UHGV virus genome: UHGV-0207783 | Origin: a virus | Direction: 5' to 3' (one strand) | Length of the DNA stretch: 34,098 nt | In this document: one piece after another, positions 1 through 7,133 of the stretch | How positions within the stretch are numbered: the first letter of the stretch is position 1 | Layout of the letters: each line of letters opens with the position of its first letter | Translations under genes and position numbers: made by a program | The notes under the pieces: generated by a model | Database searches by the model: none | The model's input: the letters and a program-made list of their open reading frames with translations, nothing else | What the model was told of the DNA's origin: nothing

Positions 1-198
1 ATGAACCCAATTTCCGGAAAAATACCACAGGACCACTGCGATCACTGCCATGTAAAAACTTTCAGCTTCCTTCATGATCTGCATAAATGCTTCCTGTTCT
101 CTTTCCGTACCATTATTGATTCGTTCGCAAGCGTAAGGGAACGCATCTTCGTCACGCACTTTCTTTCCTTTTTCCGATCCGATACCTACATACATCAT
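1..198 (-). CDS. partial hypothetical early protein; N-terminal 66 aa, continues beyond the left edge
   Basis: ATG at 198-196 overlaps the TGA stop of the upstream 71-aa gene (ATGA coupling). The frame stays open to position 1 (MMYVGIGSEKGKKVRDEDAFPYACERINNG...). Not in the ORF track because it is incomplete. Confidence 0.35.
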   Translation of the reverse strand, partial: MMYVGIGSEKGKKVRDEDAFPYACERINNGTEREQEAFMQIMKEAESFYMAVIAVVLWYFSGNWVH

Positions 199-410
199 TC
201 GTCCTCCATGCCAATAATTGCTTTTACAACATTTGCATCTAAAAAATACTTATCGTCATCTGTGTTATATGTGGTAAACTCAGTGTTTCTTCTTGATTCA
301 TACTCCTTTTCAGCCATTGCGATATACCCGATCAACGCATCCATCTTCCCATCTAATCTGCAAAGACGGGCATATTCCTGTTCGCTTACATAAATTTTGT
401 TATCTTCCAT
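195..410 (-). CDS. hypothetical small phage early protein (71 aa)
   Basis: ORF with strong RBS (AGGAGGATAAGCA-ATG) in a co-directional early operon. No recognisable domain. Confidence 0.5.
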   Translation of the reverse strand: MEDNKIYVSEQEYARLCRLDGKMDALIGYIAMAEKEYESRRNTEFTTYNTDDDKYFLDANVVKAIIGMEDE

Positions 411-421
411 TGCTTATCCTC

Positions 422-934
422 CTACTCATCCTTAGACAATCTAAACTCCATCAAATCTGCCAGCATCAAATATTCCTTTGCCAGTCGACTGTCTCCGTGT
501 CGTTCTTTCACCTTTTCTCTAAATTCCCTCAGTGTTCCGTAAAAACATCCACATCTCACGCTGATTCCGCCGTCTTTCGTGCGGAAAAATGTTGTCGTCC
601 TATTTTCCGATCCGAAGCAGCTTGTAGCAGAATAATCACGGCAGTTTTGAACCCAAGCGTTACCGTATACCTGAGCGTCACCGTATACCCAAGCGTTACC
701 GAATACCTGAGCGTCACCGAATACCTGAGCGTTACCGAATACCCAAGCGTTACCGAATACCTGAGCGTTACCGTATACCCAAGCGTTACCGGACTGGTCA
801 AGATTATTCTCCCTTTCTATAAATCCGCCCAATTCTCCCTCTGCTACATCACCAAACGACACAAGAGCCTTGATTCTAAAGAGCGTCTTTCCTAAAAAAG
901 TTACAAATTCGCTGGTTAATTCAAATTTTTTCAT
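422..934 (-). CDS. hexapeptide-repeat protein (170 aa) with Cys-rich C-terminus
   Basis: RBS AAAGGAGAG precedes the ATG. The central region has 8 tandem units of G-[ND]-A-[WQ]-V-[YF] (GNAWVYGNAQVFGNAWVFGNAQVFGDAQVF...). The C-terminus carries CRDY...SC...RCGC cysteines. Confidence 0.6.
   Translation of the reverse strand: MKKFELTSEFVTFLGKTLFRIKALVSFGDVAEGELGGFIERENNLDQSGNAWVYGNAQVFGNAWVFGNAQVFGDAQVFGNAWVYGDAQVYGNAWVQNCRDYSATSCFGSENRTTTFFRTKDGGISVRCGCFYGTLREFREKVKERHGDSRLAKEYLMLADLMEFRLSKDE
651..794. repeat. 8 tandem copies of an 18-bp unit (acc[ct][ga]agcgt[tc]accg[ta]at) inside the 422..934 gene
   Basis: Seen directly in the sequence. The units differ only at 3-4 positions and encode the hexapeptide repeats. 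Confidence 0.9.
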
Positions 935-975
935 TTACATTTCTCTCCTTTTCGTCTACAATTTAACTGATTTAA

Positions 976-1010
976 TTTCTTGAGTGCTCGAGGGTTGCCG
1001 CCCTGTGACA
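976..1010 (+). terminator. strong stem-loop (gagtgct...agcactc with an inner aggg/ccct stem) followed by TTTTTT on the plus strand
   Basis: 7-bp outer stem plus 4-bp inner stem. The T-run is 3' on the plus strand only, yet no plus-strand gene lies upstream, so its function is ambiguous (could be an mRNA processing or stability element in the minus-strand operon). Confidence 0.3.
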
Positions 1011-1020
1011 GCACTCTTTT

Positions 1021-1209
1021 TTAATACCCAAACACCAACCACCATCCGATCACCGCCATTCCGAACCCGATCACAGATGCTGCAATCTTATGCCAGTAGG
1101 GCTTGTCTTGCACTTCCGGCAGCTCTACGGAGACTGACCGGATGTCCCAGCTATTCAATGCGTTGGGGTGGTGGGTTGTCTGGCAATGGTAAGTTCCTTT
1201 AATTTCCAT
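1021..1209 (-). CDS. small membrane protein (62 aa), C-terminal TM helix
   Basis: ORF. The C-terminal hydrophobic segment IAASVIGFGMAVIGWWLVFGY indicates a TM helix. Confidence 0.4.
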   Translation of the reverse strand: MEIKGTYHCQTTHHPNALNSWDIRSVSVELPEVQDKPYWHKIAASVIGFGMAVIGWWLVFGY

Positions 1210-1384
1210 GCTTGTCCTCCTCTAGTTTTACGGATTTCTTATGTTGGATTTCCAGTTCCATTCTGTAATTCTCCAGACAGGCAATCGCATGAAGTTTCTG
1301 CTGTTCGGAATAACCATCCACTCTTTCCGTGGATTCCAGTGTCTGGATAAATTTCTCAATTTGATTGATTGTTAGCCTTTTCAT
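1199..1384 (-). CDS. hypothetical small protein (61 aa)
   Basis: ORF in the early operon. No domain recognised. Confidence 0.35.
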   Translation of the reverse strand: MKRLTINQIEKFIQTLESTERVDGYSEQQKLHAIACLENYRMELEIQHKKSVKLEEDKHGN

Positions 1385-1406
1385 AGCTTGTCCTCCCCTC
1401 TACCGC

Positions 1407-1694
1407 CTAAGCGGTTTTCTCTTCCGTGTAATTTCTTGCTGTCAGAGCTTTCCGGTTTAATTTTTCTGCAAATAATTCAGCGTCCGGAAGATCTCTGATC
1501 TCCACCTCTTTACCGTTGATTACTACAATGTTCTTTATAGTCACTTGCACCACCTCTCTAATATGTATGACGGATGGTTTGTCCGAGATATGTTGTCCTA
1601 CGTTTTTAATTAGCATCCGAATCTCTGACGATGACATGATATTTCTTCGCTTGTCCATCGCACTGTGTGTATGGGATTTCTCTTGGATATCCAT
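1407..1694 (-). CDS. hypothetical protein (95 aa; possibly a shorter internal start near 1616-1658)
   Basis: ORF overlaps the antirepressor 3' end by 89 nt. Internal Met codons would reduce the overlap. Confidence 0.35.
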   Translation of the reverse strand: MDIQEKSHTHSAMDKRRNIMSSSEIRMLIKNVGQHISDKPSVIHIREVVQVTIKNIVVINGKEVEIRDLPDAELFAEKLNRKALTARNYTEEKTA

Positions 1695-2415
1695 TGTTGG
1701 CGTACCACTGCTTTACCATCCCGATCACTTCCGGCGCATATTTTCTAACAGTGCCTTGCCATTTCCCTTTAGATTCCCATGTTTCCGTGTACATATCTTC
1801 TGATAAATCCAATCTGCGAATAATCTCATTTACAGCTTTATCTGCCGGTTTGCCGGAACTCTGAAAGTAAAGTCTTGCCTGTCTTGCAATGTGTACCGTA
1901 TCTACATACTGCTGATCCGCTTCAATCGTGATTGGAAGATTTACTCCTGCTTTCTCATAAAGTGATTTTGCGGTCAGAAGCTGAATCTTGCTGTTGCATC
2001 CTGCCGCTTTAAGCATCGGCGTTAAAATCTTCACTGCATTGTTCACGCTGGCGAGACGTTCGTTACGCTGCTTTGTTTTTGGCATTTCGTAAGAGCCGGT
2101 TTTTCTAAGCGCCGGGAGCACTTCGGATGTCACCCAATGCTTGAATCTTTTTGCTGATTCCAACTTGCTGCCGAAGATGAGAGCGTAAAGACCGGATTCT
2201 GAAATAATCGGTGTTTTCTGCATCCTTCCGATGGAATCCTGAATCGGGACTTCATCTTTATCCTCCGAATCAACATGATCCTGAATGGCTTTCGTTGCTC
2301 TTTCATATCCGAGTGATGATGCTACATCCTTCCCGACGAACCACGGTTCATTATCAATAGTTACTGTTCGGATTTTGCCAAACTCTTTGTTGTTAAAAAT
2401 TTTTAATTCGTTCAT
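1606..2415 (-). CDS. phage antirepressor, Bro-N N-terminal domain plus KilAC/ANT-like C-terminal domain
   Basis: The N-terminus KIRTVTIDNEPWFVGKDVASSLGY is typical of Bro-N. RBS AAAGGAG. Sits downstream of the cro-like gene. Confidence 0.7.
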   Translation of the reverse strand: MNELKIFNNKEFGKIRTVTIDNEPWFVGKDVASSLGYERATKAIQDHVDSEDKDEVPIQDSIGRMQKTPIISESGLYALIFGSKLESAKRFKHWVTSEVLPALRKTGSYEMPKTKQRNERLASVNNAVKILTPMLKAAGCNSKIQLLTAKSLYEKAGVNLPITIEADQQYVDTVHIARQARLYFQSSGKPADKAVNEIIRRLDLSEDMYTETWESKGKWQGTVRKYAPEVIGMVKQWYANNGYPREIPYTQCDGQAKKYHVIVRDSDAN

Positions 2416-2445
2416 TTGATCTCCTTTCTGTTTTTAACATTTCAT

Positions 2446-2463
2446 TTTCGCATTTCATGCGAC
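2446..2463. promoter_or_regulatory. operator copy 1 (TTTCGCATTTCATGCGAC; CGCAT-N3-ATGCG inverted repeat)
   Basis: Identical 18-mer to copy 2. Overlaps the cro-like stop codon and lies just 5' of the antirepressor RBS. Confidence 0.6.
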
Positions 2464-2673
2464 AAATTGACTAAAAAAAATGCTATTCACTTCGTTCCTG
2501 TTCAGATTTAACTCTTTAGAAATAACATCAGCTTCACCTATCGTAAATGTTTGACCATCCGCCGATAACTTTCTGTAGAATGTAGACCTGTCGATTCCGA
2601 TCTTTTTCGACATACTTTCAGCATTTATGCCGATCTCGACCATTTTCGCTCTGAGTTTGTTTACATTTACCAC
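2455..2673 (-). CDS. Cro-like XRE-family HTH regulator (72 aa; GTG start)
   Basis: The 72-aa HTH-like segment SMSKKIGIDRSTFYRKL lies divergent from the repressor gene. RBS AAAGGAG sits 8 nt before the GTG start. Confidence 0.65.
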   Translation of the reverse strand: MVNVNKLRAKMVEIGINAESMSKKIGIDRSTFYRKLSADGQTFTIGEADVISKELNLNRNEVNSIFFSQFVA

Positions 2674-2691
2674 TCCATCATCTCCTTTCTT

Positions 2692-2709
2692 TTTCGCATT
2701 TCATGCGAC
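2692..2709. promoter_or_regulatory. operator copy 2 (TTTCGCATTTCATGCGAC)
   Basis: Lies between the -10 of the putative cro promoter and the cro RBS. Confidence 0.6.
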
Positions 2710-2717
2710 TAATTGTA

Positions 2718-2746
2718 TATTACAATGCCTTGTCTTAAAAGTCAAT
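2718..2746 (-). promoter_or_regulatory. putative sigma-A promoter for cro-like/antirepressor operon (TTGACT-17-TAATAT, minus strand)
   Basis: Reverse complement of 2741-2746 gives TTGACT. After a 17-nt spacer, TAATAT lies at 2718-2723. Confidence 0.45.
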
Positions 2747-2752
2747 ACTGTT

Positions 2753-2769
2753 TTTGCATTTTATGCGAT
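2753..2769. promoter_or_regulatory. operator copy 3, degenerate (TTTGCATTTTATGCGAT)
   Basis: Sits between the divergent promoters, upstream of the -35 of each. Confidence 0.45.
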
Positions 2770-2793
2770 TTTTTTTGTTTTTCGAATAAAAGT

Positions 2794-2822
2794 GTTGCGT
2801 ATTTGCGAATAATATATTATAA
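2794..2822 (+). promoter_or_regulatory. putative sigma-A promoter for repressor operon (TTGCGT-17-TATAAT)
   Basis: Seen directly. Followed by RBS AAGGTGGTG and ATG at 2847. Confidence 0.45.
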
Positions 2823-2846
2823 TACGTATATAAGGTGGTGAACAAA

Positions 2847-3338
2847 ATGACGATAGGACAAAGAATTAAAAACAGAAGACTCTACTTAGGTTTAAGCGTT
2901 GATGAAGTTGCTTTAAAACTTGGAAAAAATCGCGCAACGATATATAGATATGAAAAAGATGATATCAAAGATTTGCCAATTACAGTACTCGAGCCGTTAG
3001 CCAACGTACTAGAAACCACTCCTGCTGATTTGATGGGATGGGATGGTTCTAGCGATAAAGGCATCGAAAACGTATTTGTAAACGATAGTATTGAAAATAT
3101 AATTGATAACATCAGTGCATTTTCTTCAACGGAAAAGAATCATTTCAAAAAATATCTAAAATTAGTTGAAGTAAACAGAAAAAAGGCAGACAATTATATC
3201 GAACAGCTGTTATCCATTCAGCAAATGGATAATGATTTGTCAGTAATGGCAGCTCATGAGCGTACAGATATTAAAGTAACAAATGAAATGAGAAAACATG
3301 ATGATGACATCATGATGGATGACTCTGAATGGGAGTGA
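2847..3338 (+). CDS. ImmR/CI-like XRE-family HTH repressor (163 aa from ATG 2847; track ORF starts at GTG 2835)
   Basis: N-terminal HTH (IGQRIKNRRLYLGLSVDEVALKLGKNRATIYRYE). First gene of the plus-strand lysogeny operon, upstream of the ImmA-like gene. Confidence 0.75.
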   Translation: MTIGQRIKNRRLYLGLSVDEVALKLGKNRATIYRYEKDDIKDLPITVLEPLANVLETTPADLMGWDGSSDKGIENVFVNDSIENIIDNISAFSSTEKNHFKKYLKLVEVNRKKADNYIEQLLSIQQMDNDLSVMAAHERTDIKVTNEMRKHDDDIMMDDSEWE

Positions 3339-3342
3339 TACG

Positions 3343-3804
3343 ATGACAATTTATGAGGAACTTTTAGAAGAGGCGAAAAATAGCGGACTCGTAGTACGTG
3401 AGAAGCCTCTGTCTGGGAGTGATGGACGAATATTCAGAAATAGAATTGCAATATCTGATAGGTTAAGAACATCAACAGAAAAAGCGTGTGTACTCGCAGA
3501 AGAAATGGGACATCATTTCACTGCTGTTGGAAATATCATTGACCAAATGAATATTGAAAATCTAAAGCAAGAACAAAAAGGTCGATTACGCGGATATAAC
3601 CGAATGATAGGGTTACGTGGTATCATATCCGCTTTTAATGCTGGATGCCAGAATCGATATGAAGTTGCAGAACATCTACATGTCACAGAAGAATATCTGC
3701 AGGAAGCTATTGACTGCTATACTGGAAAATATGGTGAATGTACTACTGTAGATAATTATGTTATTTATTTTATTCCTAATTTAGCAGTTATGGATATGAT
3801 ATAA
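3343..3804 (+). CDS. ImmA/IrrE-family (COG2856-like) metallopeptidase homologue with atypical EEMGHH motif
   Basis: The segment ACVLAEEMGHHFTAV aligns with the xLAHELGHxxLH zinc-binding motif of ImmA/IrrE. RBS GGGAGTGA. Overlaps and is coupled to the repressor gene end. Confidence 0.55.
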   Translation: MTIYEELLEEAKNSGLVVREKPLSGSDGRIFRNRIAISDRLRTSTEKACVLAEEMGHHFTAVGNIIDQMNIENLKQEQKGRLRGYNRMIGLRGIISAFNAGCQNRYEVAEHLHVTEEYLQEAIDCYTGKYGECTTVDNYVIYFIPNLAVMDMI

Positions 3805-3854
3805 CCGCTTCGGCGTTTATATAGAGTAAAGTGGTGTTGAGGTACAGGAGAAAA

Positions 3855-4394
3855 GAGGAAAATATGAAAAAGAAAATTGTAGCAATGTTATTAGTAGGAG
3901 CTATGGCATTATCCATTACAGCATGTGGTGGGGATGCCGAACCATCCAGAGACGCCGAGACAACGACAGAAGCAACAACAGAGCAGAAAGAAGAGCCAAA
4001 AGAAGAAGCTCAGCCAGTGGATGACGGAATCATAGATTTTACAGCAGAAAAATTTAATGTAAAATATGTACGACATGAATTTGCGAATGATTATGAGGGA
4101 AATAAATGTCTGCTTTACTATTATACCTTTACAAATAATTCGGACGAAAACGCAACAGCTGGAATTGCTGCAAACGTACAGTGTTTTCAGGACGGTGGCG
4201 AGTGTGAAATGGGAATTATGGCAGAACAGAACGACTCTATGAACAATTACGCTATAAATGAAGTGCAGCCGGGTGGAACGGTTGAAGTATGCCAGGTATA
4301 TAAATTGAAGAGTGATACTGAGCTCACAATCGAAGCATCCGATATGATATCGTTTGACAACAAGAAGGATACTCAGAAAATCGCCGTGCAATAA
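3855..4394 (+). CDS. secreted lipoprotein (179 aa), possibly DUF4352-like
   Basis: Signal peptide MKKKIVAMLLVGAMALSITAC with lipobox ITAC, followed by a Thr/Glu-rich linker. RBS AGGAGAAAAGAGG. Confidence 0.65.
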   Translation, partial: EENMKKKIVAMLLVGAMALSITACGGDAEPSRDAETTTEATTEQKEEPKEEAQPVDDGIIDFTAEKFNVKYVRHEFANDYEGNKCLLYYYTFTNNSDENATAGIAANVQCFQDGGECEMGIMAEQNDSMNNYAINEVQPGGTVEVCQVYKLKSDTELTIEASDMISFDNKKDTQKIAVQ

Positions 4395-4402
4395 AATAAA
4401 AA

Positions 4403-4433
4403 ACCGCCCCAGTGCTACCAACACTGAGACGGT
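4403..4433 (-). terminator. strand-specific rho-independent terminator (minus strand)
   Basis: The minus-strand RNA forms CCGUCUCAGUG-UUGGUAG-CACUGGGGCGG (11 bp including 3 G-U pairs) followed by UUUUUUAUUUU. On the plus strand the G-U pairs become C-A mismatches and no T-run follows. Confidence 0.55.
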
Positions 4434-4616
4434 CTACATATCCGAAGATATGCGATTGAAATCCAAGAATATTGTATCATCTTCGGAAACAGCTTGCAAT
4501 CCAGAACATTCGTTCATGTGCTGGCTGTTATTTTTGTACTCGTTTTTGCATAAAATTAAATAAGGAGATGACGACATGGAAACGAAATACGCTTTTGGAT
4601 ACGTCCGTGTATCCAC
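4434..4616 (-). CDS. possible small antisense ORF (60 aa) overlapping the integrase start region
   Basis: ORF ends immediately before the minus-strand terminator. No obvious RBS. Could instead be an untranslated antisense RNA. Confidence 0.2.
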   Translation of the reverse strand: MDTRTYPKAYFVSMSSSPYLILCKNEYKNNSQHMNECSGLQAVSEDDTIFLDFNRISSDM

Positions 4617-6051
4617 AGGAAAACAGGATGAATTATCCCCGGATTCTCAAGCGAAGCTATTGAAAGATTACGCGAAAAGTCACGGATATGTAGTATCGAA
4701 AATCTTTTTTGAACTCGGAATATCCGGAAGAAAAGCAGACAAACGCCCAGAGTTTCAAAAAATGATCGGTCTTGCGAAATCATCCGATCATCCGGCAGAT
4801 GCCATACTGGTATGGAAATTCAGCCGATTTGCACGAAACCAAGAGGAAAGCATTGTATATAAGTCTCTGCTTAAAAAGAAACATAACGTGGACGTAATAA
4901 GCATCTCTGAACCACTGGTAGATGGTCCATTCGGCTCTCTGATCGAACGAATTATTGAGTGGATGGATGAATATTACTCTGTCCGTCTATCCGGAGAAGT
5001 AACAAGAGGAATGAGAGAAAAAGCGGAACGAGGTGGATACCAAGCACGCCCACCACTTGGGTACAAGATTGTATCACATAAAGAACCGCCAGTGATCGTA
5101 CCGGAAGAGGCTGAAATCGTGAAGCTGATTTTTGAAAAGTATGTGCATGACGGCATGGGACTGTTTGAGATCGCACGGCTCTTGAATAGCCATAACTTTA
5201 AAACATCACATGGGAAAGAATTTGAACGAAGGTCTATCGAATATATCCTACAGAACCCCACTTACTGCGGGATGGTGCGGTGGAATCGGACGATTAATGA
5301 ATCGAAAGAGATCCGGCCAGAAAGCGAGTGGATTATCGCTGAGGGAGAACAACCTGCAATCATTAGTAAGGAATTGTTTGATAAGGCACAGGAGCGATAC
5401 AAGAGAGAATACCGTCCACGTGGAGCAAGACCGGTGAGTACGTACAAACACTGGCTATCTGGGATCGTTAAATGCCCAGCGTGCGGAAGAACGATGACTG
5501 CCTGCAAGATTGAAAACAATAAACAGACATACTGCTATTTTCGCTGTTACGGATACTCCAAGGGAAAATGTGCAGCGAAGAACTCCATAAGCTCTCTAAA
5601 GCTGGAACCTGCGGTATTGGAATCCATTAAGTCTGTATTGGATACCGGAAAAATAACCTACCGGAAGATTGAGGTTAAAACGGAAGATACTGCGGATTTG
5701 AAAACCATACTGGAAGATCAGATCAAGAAAATCGATGTGAAATTGCAGAGAATCAAAGAAGCGTACATGAATGGAATTGATACTATGGAAGAGTACAAGG
5801 AAAATAAACGGATTGTGCAGGGAGAGAAAGATTGTCTTGAAAAACAACTGTCTGAGCTTAAAGAAGAGAAAATAAGCACCAAAAATGAGGACAATGATAT
5901 GTTGATGAGAGTAAAAAATGTGTACGATATTCTCTCATCCGATTCCGTAGATGCGACGACCAAGAATGAGGTGCTTAGAAGCGTTGTGGAGAAAATTGTC
6001 TATGATCGAGAAGAAGACGAACTTAAAGTATACTACTACCACATGCCGTAA
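4576..6051 (+). CDS. large serine recombinase (phage integrase), 491 aa
   Basis: N-terminal resolvase catalytic motif (YVRVSTGKQD). Also a recombinase domain, a zinc-ribbon (CPACGRT...CYFRCYGYSKGKC) and a C-terminal coiled-coil. RBS AAGGAG. Confidence 0.9.
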   Translation: METKYAFGYVRVSTGKQDELSPDSQAKLLKDYAKSHGYVVSKIFFELGISGRKADKRPEFQKMIGLAKSSDHPADAILVWKFSRFARNQEESIVYKSLLKKKHNVDVISISEPLVDGPFGSLIERIIEWMDEYYSVRLSGEVTRGMREKAERGGYQARPPLGYKIVSHKEPPVIVPEEAEIVKLIFEKYVHDGMGLFEIARLLNSHNFKTSHGKEFERRSIEYILQNPTYCGMVRWNRTINESKEIRPESEWIIAEGEQPAIISKELFDKAQERYKREYRPRGARPVSTYKHWLSGIVKCPACGRTMTACKIENNKQTYCYFRCYGYSKGKCAAKNSISSLKLEPAVLESIKSVLDTGKITYRKIEVKTEDTADLKTILEDQIKKIDVKLQRIKEAYMNGIDTMEEYKENKRIVQGEKDCLEKQLSELKEEKISTKNEDNDMLMRVKNVYDILSSDSVDATTKNEVLRSVVEKIVYDREEDELKVYYYHMP

Positions 6052-6172
6052 ACCCTTGATTTTGCTGGGTTTGTTGGACTTTTGTCGGTTGTTGCAAAAA
6101 GGTCAACCTTTTCTCAAGAGCGTACAATTATTTTTCTACCTATTATAAAGAAGTAAAAATGGTACAATATTC

Positions 6173-6200
6173 ACCCCTCAGAGAGCTGATCTCCGAGGGG
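6173..6200 (+). terminator. rho-independent terminator downstream of integrase
   Basis: GC-rich hairpin cccctcagagagctgatctccgagggg followed by GTTTTTATT. Confidence 0.6.
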
Positions 6201-6207
6201 GTTTTTA

Positions 6208-7014
6208 TTAAATAGATGTGGTCTCTTTACTGTAAATTACCGACATGAGCCTTGCATACCATGGCGCTTTAGGACTCCACTTGTAACACGGCATGTCCTT
6301 ACCATTGTTGTCCTTGTAAATCTGCTGGATGATTTTTAATTCGTCTGGATGACCCAATGTTATTACTTTTTGACCGTCAAAATAATACACTGCACCTTTT
6401 CCCTCTACTGTAAATAAACATTTCATCTCTTCTTCTCCTTCCTGTTCGATTCCTGTATTCTGGTTATTTTTTTGTTCGCTGCATGCAGACGCTCTACTGT
6501 CAATCGCCTTTGCAATCAGCTCCGCAATTCCTTTTGTACCTAAATTTCGATATCTGGCCACATCACCTGTGCCAGTGCAGAATAATGTCTCCACGATCAT
6601 GCCAGGCATATTAGATACATTCAGATCATGGTATCCCGAACTGTACTTTACACCACGGTTAGCAAATCCTTTATTTGCGAAATTCTGGCAGATATTGCTT
6701 GCGATCGTGTTCATTGTCTGGTTAGATGCATCGTATAACCACACCTCTGTGCCCCCTGCTGATGTCGCTCCTGTGGCGTTCATGTGCAAGGTGACATAGA
6801 TATCGCATCCCGCTCCATTCGCCTTATTTGTGCCGTCAGACAGCTCACCAGACACATTCGATGCGTTGGAGTTACAATCAATCACAGTGTGTCCGACAGC
6901 CTGCAACATCGGTACAAGTTCGTTGTAGATCTTCCGCACTTCCGCCTGTTCATCGATCAGACCGATTGCACCTTTACAATTCGGGGAATGCCCTCCCCTT
7001 AAACCAATTTTCAT
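6208..7014 (-). CDS. endolysin: N-acetylmuramoyl-L-alanine amidase (Amidase_3/CwlC-type) with a C-terminal ~80-aa probable cell-wall-binding domain
   Basis: The N-terminus MKIGLRGGHSPNCKGAIG...TLHMNATG is typical of MurNAc-LAA. Last gene of the lysis cassette. Confidence 0.8.
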   Translation of the reverse strand: MKIGLRGGHSPNCKGAIGLIDEQAEVRKIYNELVPMLQAVGHTVIDCNSNASNVSGELSDGTNKANGAGCDIYVTLHMNATGATSAGGTEVWLYDASNQTMNTIASNICQNFANKGFANRGVKYSSGYHDLNVSNMPGMIVETLFCTGTGDVARYRNLGTKGIAELIAKAIDSRASACSEQKNNQNTGIEQEGEEEMKCLFTVEGKGAVYYFDGQKVITLGHPDELKIIQQIYKDNNGKDMPCYKWSPKAPWYARLMSVIYSKETTSI

Positions 7015-7100
7015 TTCTTCTCTTCCTCCTGTTCTTCTGCCTCGAATGCCTTTTCCAGTTCCTCTACGGATACTCTGCCAAATTCGTTCTGTTCGCTCAT
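7011..7100 (-). CDS. 29-aa acidic peptide (MSEQNEFGRVSVEELEKAFEAEEQEEEKK), translationally coupled to the endolysin
   Basis: Strong RBS GGAGGTGAGATC-ATG. Its stop overlaps the amidase ATG (ATGA). Below the ORF-track size cutoff. Confidence 0.35.
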   Translation of the reverse strand: MSEQNEFGRVSVEELEKAFEAEEQEEEKK

Positions 7101-7114
7101 GATCTCACCTCCTA

Positions 7115-7133
7115 CCGTGCGATGTCGCACAAT
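7115..7133. promoter_or_regulatory. 19-bp motif CCGTGCGATGTCGCACAAT (palindromic core GTGCGA-TG-TCGCAC), copy A
   Basis: Identical to copy B. Lies immediately 5' of the RBS of the 29-aa gene. Confidence 0.5.

Noticed and set aside
293-895. 200-aa plus-strand ORF with repetitive PSVTEYLSVTVY sequence
   Set aside because: It is the antisense reading of the 18-bp tandem repeats. It has no RBS, whereas the minus-strand frame has a strong RBS and a sensible N-terminus.
3909-4424. 171-aa minus-strand ORF antisense to the lipoprotein gene
   Set aside because: Cys/Phe-rich nonsense composition and no RBS. The plus-strand lipoprotein has a clear signal peptide and lipobox.
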